DNA from: Bacteroidia bacterium
Lineage (GTDB): Bacteria; Bacteroidota; Bacteroidia; NS11-12g; UBA9320
Reading direction: 5' to 3'
Length of the DNA stretch: 64,000 nt
Assembly (NCBI GenBank): GCA_965655315.1
Contig: CBFHGJ010000004.1
Coordinates: 4,382 to 68,381 of the forward strand
Shown one piece after another: positions 39,644 through 48,428 of the stretch. The first letter of the stretch is position 1, and every line of letters begins with the position of its first letter. The notes under the pieces are model-generated. The model was not told where the DNA came from. It ran no database searches and saw only the letters and a list, made by a program, of their open reading frames with translations. The position numbers and the translations under genes were made by a program.

Positions 39644-40929
39644 TAGTATGGTATTTTACTTTTGTGAGGATCTACTTCTGGCCTATCTAGTAACTTTATT
39701 AGCTCCTTCTCTATTTCAGGAGTGATGATATGTTCGATACCTTCAGCATCGTCGTGTATATGGTCTGCGTCTAGCTGGAAAAATTTGGTTAGATAGATCT
39801 CCCATAGTCTGTGCTTCCTAATTACCTCTTGAGCTGCTAACTTTCCCTTTTCATTTAGTATTATAAATCCTCTTACCAGATCAATCAAGTCTTTTTTCTC
39901 CAATCTATTGAGTACAGTCCGAACCTTAACTGGAGAGTACTTTTCTTTTTCAATTAACTCAGCTAAAGGCAATGAATTCTGTCCTTCGTTGCCCAGTTTA
40001 TATATATCTTTTAGAACATTCTCATTATTAATTTTTATATGATTTGACTGACGAATTCTCATCCTTGCAAAAACTCCTTTCCTTTTTCCAAATAGAATTC
40101 CAACAAGTGCAAAAACAGAAAGTACCACAACGATCCACGGTCCAGTGGGCATTCCATTGCCAGTATAACTAATTACAACACCCGTAATACCGCTTAAGAA
40201 ACCAAAACTGCCGGCATAAATCAACATGAGCTGTATAGAATTTGTAAGAAATCTAGCCCCGGCAGCCGGTGTAATAAGAAGTGCAGCCATGAGTACCACC
40301 CCTACAGCTTGAACTCCAATTGCTACCGTAACCACGGTCAATATGGCAAGGAGCGATTTTATAAGTGATACGTTAAGCCCTATGCTTTTGGCATAATGCT
40401 CATCAAAACTGATAGTACTAAATCCTCGCAGGAATATGCTTACACAGATAACATTGAGTATTGCTATAGCTGAAAATACTTGTATATCCAGCATTCCCAT
40501 AGATGCTGCCTTACCAAAAAGAAAACTATCCAAACCACTTTGAGCCGCATTCCCACTATGCTGTATCTTGGTAAGTAAAACTATCCCAATACCAAAGAAA
40601 ACGCTTAACGTAAGAGCTAAAATAGTGTCTGGTTTTAGCTTTGAGTTAGACTGAACATAGTCCACGACCCAAATAGAAATAAGTCCAGATATTATAGCTC
40701 CAGTAAGAAAGTAGAATGGATTTTTGACACCAGATAACATAAAAGCTATTGCCACACCTGGAAGAACAGAATGAGATATCACATCACCAATAAGAGCTCG
40801 TTTCCTCAAATAGGTAAAAGTTCCTACAACTCCAGCAGCTAGACATAATACACCAGAACCAATACTGACTACAAAAAGAGTAAAATTCTCAGCCGAAAAG
40901 AAGGTAGTTATATGTTCCCAAAAACTCAT
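39643..40929 (-). CDS. metal ABC transporter permease (TroC/ZnuB-like) fused to a C-terminal DtxR/TroR/MntR-type metal-dependent repressor domain
   Basis: 428 aa. Residues 1 to about 290 form an ABC-3 permease. Residues from about 300 carry a winged-HTH plus the DtxR metal-binding/dimerisation region (…RKHRLWEIYLTKFFQLDADHIHDDAEGIEHIITPEIEKELIKLL…PHKSKIP), colinear with DtxR (HRLAERFL…EEACRLEH…PHG). Confidence 0.78.
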   Translation of the reverse strand: MSFWEHITTFFSAENFTLFVVSIGSGVLCLAAGVVGTFTYLRKRALIGDVISHSVLPGVAIAFMLSGVKNPFYFLTGAIISGLISIWVVDYVQSNSKLKPDTILALTLSVFFGIGIVLLTKIQHSGNAAQSGLDSFLFGKAASMGMLDIQVFSAIAILNVICVSIFLRGFSTISFDEHYAKSIGLNVSLIKSLLAILTVVTVAIGVQAVGVVLMAALLITPAAGARFLTNSIQLMLIYAGSFGFLSGITGVVISYTGNGMPTGPWIVVVLSVFALVGILFGKRKGVFARMRIRQSNHIKINNENVLKDIYKLGNEGQNSLPLAELIEKEKYSPVKVRTVLNRLEKKDLIDLVRGFIILNEKGKLAAQEVIRKHRLWEIYLTKFFQLDADHIHDDAEGIEHIITPEIEKELIKLLDRPEVDPHKSKIPY

Positions 40930-41705
40930 TATTTATGACGAATTGGGAAATCTTTGTTTTCTAATTCTTGACTAATCTTAGCTATGGTAGTCAATCGACC
41001 TCCATAAGTGTCTGTTAGTATGTTATCTGTAAAAACATCTTTCACTGGACCAGAAGCTACCAATCTAGTATTTAATAGAACAAGGTAGTCAAAATAAGAC
41101 TGTGCGGTATGTAAATCGTGATGAACGATAACCAAGGTTTTCCCAGCTTCTTTCATATCCTTGAGAAGAGATATAATCATCTCTTCTGTGGCGATATCAA
41201 CCCCTGCAAAAGGCTCATCCATCAGGAACAAATCTCCTTGCTGTGCGATTGCTCTAGCCAAAAACACTCGCTGCTGTTGCCCACCAGATAACTGACTAAT
41301 TTGCCTCTTTGCAAAACCAAGCATGTTTACCTTCTCCAAGCTTTCTGCTACTATATCTTTATCTTCAGATGTTAGCTTTTTAAACAGTCCTCTTTTTTGA
41401 AATCTTCCCATGGATACAATATCCCAAACACTAGCAGGGAAATCCCAGTCTATCTCCTGTCTCTGTGGGACATAACTGACTCTATCCCTCACATCATCAA
41501 GCTCTTGATCATAGATTCTCGTAAACCCACTTGTTGGCTCTACTACTCCCATTATTGACTTGAGAAGTGTGCTCTTCCCACTCCCATTGGGTCCCATTAT
41601 ACCAATAACCTGTTTCTCAGGTAATTCGAAATCTACATTCCATAATGCAGGTTTTCTACCATAGACCACCGTCAGATTATGAGCTTCAATAATCGTTTTG
41701 CTCAT
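40929..41705 (-). CDS. metal ABC transporter ATP-binding protein (TroB/ZnuC-like)
   Basis: 258 aa. Walker A GPNGSGKST, signature LSGGQQQR, Walker B LFLMDEP. Confidence 0.9.
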   Translation of the reverse strand: MSKTIIEAHNLTVVYGRKPALWNVDFELPEKQVIGIMGPNGSGKSTLLKSIMGVVEPTSGFTRIYDQELDDVRDRVSYVPQRQEIDWDFPASVWDIVSMGRFQKRGLFKKLTSEDKDIVAESLEKVNMLGFAKRQISQLSGGQQQRVFLARAIAQQGDLFLMDEPFAGVDIATEEMIISLLKDMKEAGKTLVIVHHDLHTAQSYFDYLVLLNTRLVASGPVKDVFTDNILTDTYGGRLTTIAKISQELENKDFPIRHK

Positions 41706-42616
41706 TTCAATCCAGCTATTATTGTTTTGACATTGGCATTTAACATACCGAGATAAGTCCCCTCCATTGAATTCGTAGCACCAAGAGCATCGCTGTAGAG
41801 CGTGCCACCAATATTTAATTCGTACCCTCTTGCATTAGCCCCCTCTATCACTGCAAAAAGATTTTTATCATTCACACTAGTTTCCACAAAGACTGACTTT
41901 ATCTGGTTATCAATAATGAAATCAATCAGATCCTTAACATCTTTTGCTCCATATTCAGCTGCTGTAGATACTCCTTGCAGACCTCGCACTCGGAAGCCAA
42001 AAGCATCTCCAAAATATGAAAATGCATCGTGACTAGTTATCAAAATACGTCTTTCACTTGTTAGATTACTATCGAGGATAGCTTTTAAATCAGACTTAGT
42101 GTCCAATATTTTTTTGCCAAATAGTTCAGCGTTTTTATCAGTTCCCTCAAGTCCTTCTATTTTGCTAAGTTCTTTTGCAACCCCTATAATTCCCTGACTC
42201 CATAAGCTTGGGCTAAACCAAATGTGAGGATCAACTAAATCAGATTTATCATCCACTCTTTTAAGGTCTTCCTGAGTAACAAAATCTCCTAACGCAAAGA
42301 CCGACTTCTGCTTGGCATAATTCTCAAGCATCTTGGCCATTTTACCTTCAAGGTGGAGTCCATTATAAACAATGATATCAGCTTCACTTAGTTTAGCTAT
42401 ATCACCTTGCGTAGCTTTATATAGGTGAGGGTCCACACCTGCACCCATTAAGGAAATAACTTCTGCTTGGTCTTTAACAATTTCAGAAATGCAATCGCCA
42501 ATAATCCCTGTAGTAGTTACGATCACTATTTTGTCTGACTGCTCAGAAGAGTTGCACCCTAGAAATAAAAAAGGTACGGCAAACAGAACTAACGCAATAC
42601 TTTTGAGTTTTAGCAT
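41702..42616 (-). CDS. metal ABC transporter substrate-binding lipoprotein (TroA/ZnuA cluster 9 SBP)
   Basis: 304 aa with lipobox LFLGC. TroA-like fold motifs (DPHIW, HDAFSYF). Confidence 0.88.
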   Translation of the reverse strand: MLKLKSIALVLFAVPFLFLGCNSSEQSDKIVIVTTTGIIGDCISEIVKDQAEVISLMGAGVDPHLYKATQGDIAKLSEADIIVYNGLHLEGKMAKMLENYAKQKSVFALGDFVTQEDLKRVDDKSDLVDPHIWFSPSLWSQGIIGVAKELSKIEGLEGTDKNAELFGKKILDTKSDLKAILDSNLTSERRILITSHDAFSYFGDAFGFRVRGLQGVSTAAEYGAKDVKDLIDFIIDNQIKSVFVETSVNDKNLFAVIEGANARGYELNIGGTLYSDALGATNSMEGTYLGMLNANVKTIIAGLK

Positions 42617-42710
42617 AGAGCAAAGTTAAGTAGAATTGACACAGGACTAATACTTCGAAAGTGGATTCTATGCAAGCCTCTTAGACTTTTCTATAAACCA
42701 ATGATGACTT

Positions 42711-43262
42711 TTGATAGTAAATTTGTGCAACATAAGTCAAATGCGTTTTTACAGTTTATACATTTTTATGGCAATGAGTATAGTTGCAAGTGCACAGCTG
42801 TATGAACTTAAAAATCCAAAACGCGACAGTGCTAATATTATTCATTATTACGACCGAGTACCCGAACTGGCGGATTCTTTCTACGTAGTATTCATAAAAA
42901 AAGACCTTAATGGGATTAAAAAATTTGTTCCAAACGTAAGATATCTCCGTGCCACTTTTGATACTCTAGGTATTGAATATAGGGAAGAACAGGTCATCTA
43001 CAGACAACAGATGCTTCTTAGAGGGCTTCAAAAAGACTATCACAAAATCCTAAAAAGAGCTGAAAAAAAACGTATTACTTTAACCAAAATAGAGGTCGTA
43101 AACACGCATTATGATTACGGCATAGATGAAAAAAATAATGAGTATTGCTATGTGACTGTTATGGCAAAACGGAGAAAAAAAAGCTATGAGTTAAAATATT
43201 TAGCCATAAAGTTAAATAATAAGTGGTTTGTTGGAGATGAATTAAGTTTTCAAGAAGTATGA
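42711..43262 (+). CDS. hypothetical secreted protein
   Basis: 183 aa. A TTG start is used by the track; a signal peptide follows the internal Met (MRFYSLYIFMAMSIVASAQ). Confidence 0.45.
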   Translation: MIVNLCNISQMRFYSLYIFMAMSIVASAQLYELKNPKRDSANIIHYYDRVPELADSFYVVFIKKDLNGIKKFVPNVRYLRATFDTLGIEYREEQVIYRQQMLLRGLQKDYHKILKRAEKKRITLTKIEVVNTHYDYGIDEKNNEYCYVTVMAKRRKKSYELKYLAIKLNNKWFVGDELSFQEV

Positions 43263-43876
43263 GACTATTTTTTGCAGCAAGTATTAGTTGTATTCTTTTA
43301 GTTTCAAACGCACAGCATTGGCAAATAACTAAGCACCCAAATCTGCATAGGTATGCAATCTCTACAGATACCTTTACTAGTGATTATTTATACTCAGAAG
43401 TTAGCGAGCTATGCGAGGGCAAAGCTTACGTTGCAAAAGGTGAATTATATGCCTATGTGAACAAAGACTTAAAAGAATTGACACCATATGTATTTGTAGA
43501 AGCTCATAATTTCATAGATGGATACGCTATAGTAGGAGATAGTATCAGTAAAAATCTACTCAATAGCCGAATGCAGGTCATCCTACCCATTGGCGTTGCT
43601 CAACTTCGACTTCCAACAGATGGATTAATTATAGTAAAATCACATTCAGAGACTTGGGGTATATATGATGTAAGAGGCAACCAAAAATTGCCAATGATTT
43701 ATGACATTCCGCCAGTAGTAATCAATAGAGAAACCATTATAGTAAGGAAGGAGGAGGTCTATGGAGTAGTAAATGATTGCAATGAAATAATCCACCCTAT
43801 AGGATTTCAGTATATTTCAAAAAATGGCCTTGGTTATAAACAAGGCAAGTATCTACGTCTGTTTAATAGAAAATAG
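43259..43876 (+). CDS. hypothetical secreted protein with WG-like repeats
   Basis: 205 aa with a signal peptide. Repeated …YAxV…DG.A.V… units reminiscent of KWG/WG repeats. ATG overlaps the upstream stop (ATGA). Confidence 0.45.
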   Translation: MRLFFAASISCILLVSNAQHWQITKHPNLHRYAISTDTFTSDYLYSEVSELCEGKAYVAKGELYAYVNKDLKELTPYVFVEAHNFIDGYAIVGDSISKNLLNSRMQVILPIGVAQLRLPTDGLIIVKSHSETWGIYDVRGNQKLPMIYDIPPVVINRETIIVRKEEVYGVVNDCNEIIHPIGFQYISKNGLGYKQGKYLRLFNRK

Positions 43877-43877
43877 A

Positions 43878-44477
43878 ATGAAATTACGGTATTCCATTAT
43901 TCTTATGATTGCGGTTATTTCTGTGTCCTCTTGTGGAACCTTGTATCAGAAACATACAACTACGGTAAAGAAATCTAGCCGAAATCATGGATACTCTTAT
44001 GACTCAAAAGAAAATCATAAGAATATATCTCAGATTGATTTGAAGACTCAAAGATTATCCGTTCACATAAAAAAAGACTTGAAAGAAGTTCCAATATCAG
44101 TCAGTAAGAAAGAAGAGATTGCTAACTGGCCGGATACTGAGTTGAAAGTCAACATTCTCAAAGTAGACAGCCCTGAACACCCATTATCAAACTCAATATC
44201 CCCAGTTGAACAAAGAGCTTATAAGTTAAATTCTAAAGCCAATATCCTCACAGTGAGCTCTATTGTACTGCTTATATTCTCTTTTTTGGGGATAACAATA
44301 ATTGCTGCAACGATTCTAAGCCAATATGCTTTGAAGATTTACGATTCTGTTTATTTGCCTCAGTCAATGCAACTCCTTGGACTCGCTAAAGTAGTCAATT
44401 GGGTCGCTAAGTTTTTACTAATAACTGCTCTTATTTACCTTATTCTCGCACTGCTATTCCTAGCGATTGTGTTGTAA
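43878..44477 (+). CDS. hypothetical lipoprotein with two C-terminal TM helices
   Basis: The track ORF starts at 43824, but the probable true start is the MKLRYSIILMIAVISVSSC signal/lipobox. Two C-terminal hydrophobic helices. Confidence 0.4.
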   Translation: MKLRYSIILMIAVISVSSCGTLYQKHTTTVKKSSRNHGYSYDSKENHKNISQIDLKTQRLSVHIKKDLKEVPISVSKKEEIANWPDTELKVNILKVDSPEHPLSNSISPVEQRAYKLNSKANILTVSSIVLLIFSFLGITIIAATILSQYALKIYDSVYLPQSMQLLGLAKVVNWVAKFLLITALIYLILALLFLAIVL

Positions 44478-44525
44478 TCAAAAGTTCTATCTTACATTCT
44501 AAATTTATCTCATTTTATTTGCGGT

Positions 44526-45785
44526 ATGCAAGTGACTTCAAGCCTAGACTATGCCAAAGAAGCTGATAAGAATGACCCACTAGCCTCCTATAGAAGCCTA
44601 TTCTATATGCCTCCTGGAAAAACTAGAGCGGAACAGCTTTATTTCACAGGCAACTCCTTAGGATTGCAACCAAAATCTGTAGGATCTTACATCCAGCAAG
44701 AATTGGATGATTGGAAAAAATACGGTGTAGAAGGTCATTTTCACGGAAAGAATCCCTGGTTTAGCTATCATCATTTTTTTGATAAGGAAGCTAAGATAGT
44801 AGGTGGTAAAAAAGAAGAAGTAGTAGTCATGAATAACCTTACCGTTAACCTACACTTGCTGCTCGTTAGCTTTTATCGACCCACAAAATCTAGATACAAA
44901 ATCATTATGGAGGCTGGAGCTTTCCCAAGTGATATGTACGTAATAGAAAGTCAAGTAAAACATCAAGGTTACGCGTACGATGATGCCGTTATAGAGCTGC
45001 ACCCTAGAGAAGGAGAGCATCATCTTAGAACGGAAGACATAGTTAAAGCAATTAATGACATTGGGGATGAACTTGCATTGCTATTCTTTAGTGGAGTGCA
45101 GTACTACACTGGTCAGGCTTTTGATATAAAAACATTGACAGCTGCGGCACATGATGTAGGTGCTATAGCTGGATTTGACTGTGCACACGCGGCAGGAAAT
45201 GTCAAAATGGAGTTGCACGACTGGGATGTGGATTTCGCTGCTTGGTGTACCTACAAGTATTTAAATAGCAGCCCTGGAGGAGTGAGTGGGATTTTTGTTC
45301 ATGAGAAACATGGTAATAACTCAGAAACTCCTCGTTTTGCTGGATGGTGGGGTCACAAGGAAAGCGAACGATTCCAAATGAAAAAGGGATATATCCCAGA
45401 ACCTGGAGCTGCTGGTTGGCAACTTAGTAACGCTCCAGTGCTTGCAATGGCAGCTCACAAAGCCTCGCTAGATATGTTTGACAAGGTAGGGATGGACGCA
45501 TTAGTAGAAAAAGGAGGTAGACTAAATGCTTTTCTAGAGCAAGTGGTAAAAGATGCCCAACTATCAAACACTAAACTTGAATTTGAGATCATTACGCCAG
45601 AGGAAAGAGGATGTCAGCTAAGTATGCTAACGAATGAAAATGGCAAAGCACTTTTTGACTTCCTTACTGAAAACGATGTGATTGCTGATTGGAGAGAACC
45701 AAATGTAATTCGTCTTGCTCCCGTTCCAATGTACAACTCATTTATGGACATCTGGGAGTTCGGAGAATTGCTACGAAAGTTTTAA
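44526..45785 (+). CDS. kynU: kynureninase
   Basis: 419 aa, full-length match to the kynureninase family (…YFTGNSLGLQPK…, PLP-fold class V). Confidence 0.88.
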   Translation: MQVTSSLDYAKEADKNDPLASYRSLFYMPPGKTRAEQLYFTGNSLGLQPKSVGSYIQQELDDWKKYGVEGHFHGKNPWFSYHHFFDKEAKIVGGKKEEVVVMNNLTVNLHLLLVSFYRPTKSRYKIIMEAGAFPSDMYVIESQVKHQGYAYDDAVIELHPREGEHHLRTEDIVKAINDIGDELALLFFSGVQYYTGQAFDIKTLTAAAHDVGAIAGFDCAHAAGNVKMELHDWDVDFAAWCTYKYLNSSPGGVSGIFVHEKHGNNSETPRFAGWWGHKESERFQMKKGYIPEPGAAGWQLSNAPVLAMAAHKASLDMFDKVGMDALVEKGGRLNAFLEQVVKDAQLSNTKLEFEIITPEERGCQLSMLTNENGKALFDFLTENDVIADWREPNVIRLAPVPMYNSFMDIWEFGELLRKF

Positions 45786-45820
45786 GTTGGGACTGATTTA
45801 TGGAAAGCCATTCCAAGCTT

Positions 45821-46087
45821 TTAAGGCAAAAACGAAATATAAATCTTAGGTAAATCCATATGAGATTTCCCGTCTACCACGTCTAAGTCTTGACCGCCAA
45901 AGTATCCATCTTTATTTAGATCCTCAAAATTCCAAGTATTTGCTACATTAAATGTAATCAATACTGTATTACCTTCCCCTTCTACATAATTCAGTAACTC
46001 TTGCTTAGAGTAAGGTCTGGGAACACTGTTCCAAAACGACATCGTTCCATGAGGTCCAAAATACTCTCCAGATTTATCAGCAAACAT
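45821..46087 (-). CDS. orphan 88-aa ORF, doubtful (possible gene remnant)
   Basis: Stand-alone ORF with no recognisable family. Sits at the edge of a roughly 500-bp AT-rich non-coding stretch. Confidence 0.2.
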   Translation of the reverse strand: MFADKSGEYFGPHGTMSFWNSVPRPYSKQELLNYVEGEGNTVLITFNVANTWNFEDLNKDGYFGGQDLDVVDGKSHMDLPKIYISFLP

Positions 46088-46597
46088 CCACCAATTATCG
46101 AGAGGTGACTACTTACTTACAGACGAATTCCATTAAAGTAGTATAGTGGTTGTTAGACTTTATTCTTAACTACTTTATAGGAATAAACCTAAATTCATCC
46201 TGAATTGACATTTTAAAGTCGTATTTTCATCCGTGATAGATTCGTAACAACTTCCACAAATTAGAACATCTGGCTTATTCGCAATATCTTAAATATTGTA
46301 AAGTCTCTAACAAAGAAACCAAAATAAAAAAGTCATCTAGAGAAAATATCAGCTAGAATATCTTCTAAATGGTCACGGAAAACTCCTATTGTGAATGCTT
46401 AGATGAAAGAAATTCCGTGTAAATCAATATTTTTTTTATTTTTTTTTGGAAATATATTTTAACATAATATATATATCTAAAGCTCTGTTTACTAGACAAT
46501 TAATTAATAATTAAATGTATTAAAACTTAATATGGAATACTTCTTGTCCACTTAAATTATCTATTAATCAAACAAAAATCATAATTATTGAGTTTAT

Positions 46598-47380
46598 TTG
46601 ATGAACAAAATAAACCAATTTAATATGACTTTTTTAGACGTTTTAACAATTCCAAAGGATGATGCGGTTGCATTTACTTTTTTCACTGGTTACATGGCCA
46701 TGATGGCAGCTTCAGTGTTTTTCTTTTTTGAGCGTTCACGTGTTGCGTACAAGTGGAAGCTATCTCTATTAGTGTCTGCACTGATTACTTTTATCGCTGC
46801 TGTTCACTATTACTACATGCGTGATTATTACCTAGCAACAGGTGAAAATCCTACAGCACTAAGGTATATCGACTGGACTTTAACGGTCCCATTGATGTGT
46901 GTTGAGTTTTACCTATTAACTAAAGCAGCCGGTGCAAAGCAAAGCCTAATGTGGAAGTTAATTTTCGCTTCAGTTGTAATGCTTGTATTTGGCTACATCG
47001 GTGAAGCTTTCAACCCAGAAGGCGGAAGTACTTCTCACTCTGTAATGTATGGTGTGCTTTCTACCGTTGGTTACATTTACATTCTCTACACTGCGTGGAT
47101 AGGGGAAGTTGCACAATTGGCAAAAGCTAGCGATAACGCTGCAATCCAGCGAAGCGTTAAAATCTTAGCTTGGTTCGTGCTTGTAGGTTGGGCTATCTAT
47201 CCAATAGGATACATGTGCATGCCAGGTGGATGGTTAAACACTTCACTAGGATGGGAATCTAATAACGTAGACCTGTTCTACAACATAGCAGATGCTATTA
47301 ACAAGATCGGATTCGGTCTTGTGGTATACAGTCTAGCTATTGGACAAAGTAGCGAAGAGAATGCCAATGCTACTGCTTAG
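46598..47380 (+). CDS. proteorhodopsin, green-light-absorbing proton pump type
   Basis: 260 aa, 7 TM. Helix C RYIDWTLTVPLMCVEFYLL carries the D-T-E triad (D97/T101/E108 equivalents) with Met at the tuning position 105. Schiff-base Lys in NIADAINKIGFG. The track starts at TTG 46598; ATG at 46601 is more likely. Confidence 0.9.
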   Translation: MMNKINQFNMTFLDVLTIPKDDAVAFTFFTGYMAMMAASVFFFFERSRVAYKWKLSLLVSALITFIAAVHYYYMRDYYLATGENPTALRYIDWTLTVPLMCVEFYLLTKAAGAKQSLMWKLIFASVVMLVFGYIGEAFNPEGGSTSHSVMYGVLSTVGYIYILYTAWIGEVAQLAKASDNAAIQRSVKILAWFVLVGWAIYPIGYMCMPGGWLNTSLGWESNNVDLFYNIADAINKIGFGLVVYSLAIGQSSEENANATA

Positions 47381-47408
47381 TCAGCTTGGCGTAAAATAAA
47401 ATTAATTA

Positions 47409-47445
47409 AGGAGATGGAATAGTTTATTTCATCTCCTTTTTTTTA
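47409..47445 (+). terminator. intrinsic terminator immediately downstream of proteorhodopsin and 3 nt upstream of blh
   Basis: Stem AGGAGATG / CATCTCCT with a 13-nt loop followed by T7. Confidence 0.65.
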
Positions 47446-47447
47446 TT

Positions 47448-48344
47448 ATGAACATCAGCAGTATATATTATCTTGCTAGCAGTTTAATCATTTTTCAACT
47501 TTTAGGGTTAAACAATGAGCTAATGAATCAAACAGTCTATCTGTTTTGTGCTTTAGGAATAGCGACTTTAGGAGTTGCACACGGTGCAATAGATCACGTA
47601 TTAGAAGGGTCCACAAGTGGAAGTCTTAAGAGACGATTCATCTACCGTTACTTGCTAGCAATTCTAATTGCACTCATTTTATGGTGGTTTTTCCCGAGCA
47701 TTGGACTCACCTCGTTTATTCTATTTTCAGCTTTTCATTTCGGCCAAACTCAATTAAGTAAAATTAAAGTTCAGCAGAAAAAGTTGAATTCTGTTTACTA
47801 TTTAAGTTGGGGAATACTAGTGCTTTCCTCATTGCTATTCTTGAATACCACAGAGCTTAGTAATGAGCATAATCTTCTTTTAATTCTTCCAAATGTACTT
47901 AACTGGATGATACAACACTCCTCACATTTTTTACTCATAAGTGGTCTCACCTTTATAGGACTGTCTATCTATTTTTTAATAAAGCACAATATGGAGATAG
48001 AAGATTTTTTAAGTGAAATCTATGTTTTGGCTTTAATTACATTGGGCTCATACCTATTACCACCTTTTGTGGCTTTCTCACTTTTCTTTATTTTCATACA
48101 CTCATTACGAGCAATCAACCAAGAGTATACTTATTGTATCAAACAGAAAATTGTACAGTCTAAGAAGCAACTCTTCATGCTGTTCGTCCCCTTAACCTCA
48201 GTTTCTATTATTGGTAGCATAGCTATACTAGGAGGGCTTTTTTTTCTCAATCAAACCGATTACATCCCCTATGCTATAATTCTAATCACTGCTTGTGTTA
48301 CTGTTCCACATACTTTCGTAATGAACTATTTCTACTCAAAGTAG
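47448..48344 (+). CDS. blh: Brp/Blh family beta-carotene 15,15'-dioxygenase (retinal synthesis)
   Basis: 298 aa, polytopic membrane protein with conserved His residues (…GVAHGAIDHV…, …SAFHFGQTQ…, …FIHSLRA…, …PHTF…). Immediately follows the opsin. Confidence 0.78.
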   Translation: MNISSIYYLASSLIIFQLLGLNNELMNQTVYLFCALGIATLGVAHGAIDHVLEGSTSGSLKRRFIYRYLLAILIALILWWFFPSIGLTSFILFSAFHFGQTQLSKIKVQQKKLNSVYYLSWGILVLSSLLFLNTTELSNEHNLLLILPNVLNWMIQHSSHFLLISGLTFIGLSIYFLIKHNMEIEDFLSEIYVLALITLGSYLLPPFVAFSLFFIFIHSLRAINQEYTYCIKQKIVQSKKQLFMLFVPLTSVSIIGSIAILGGLFFLNQTDYIPYAIILITACVTVPHTFVMNYFYSK

Positions 48345-48428
48345 ATTAATTTTAAGTTCCATTCTGGGTTTCATTAAAGCGTAATCGCTTCACTTTTGGG
48401 TTTCTAATTTCTTATATTCTATATTATT

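Noticed and set aside
42617-42628. CAAAGTTA (TAACTTTG on minus strand) as the troA promoter -7 box
   Set aside because: It matches TAnnTTTG but lies only 5 nt from the ATG, which would imply a leaderless transcript. Position makes it doubtful, so it is not listed as a feature.
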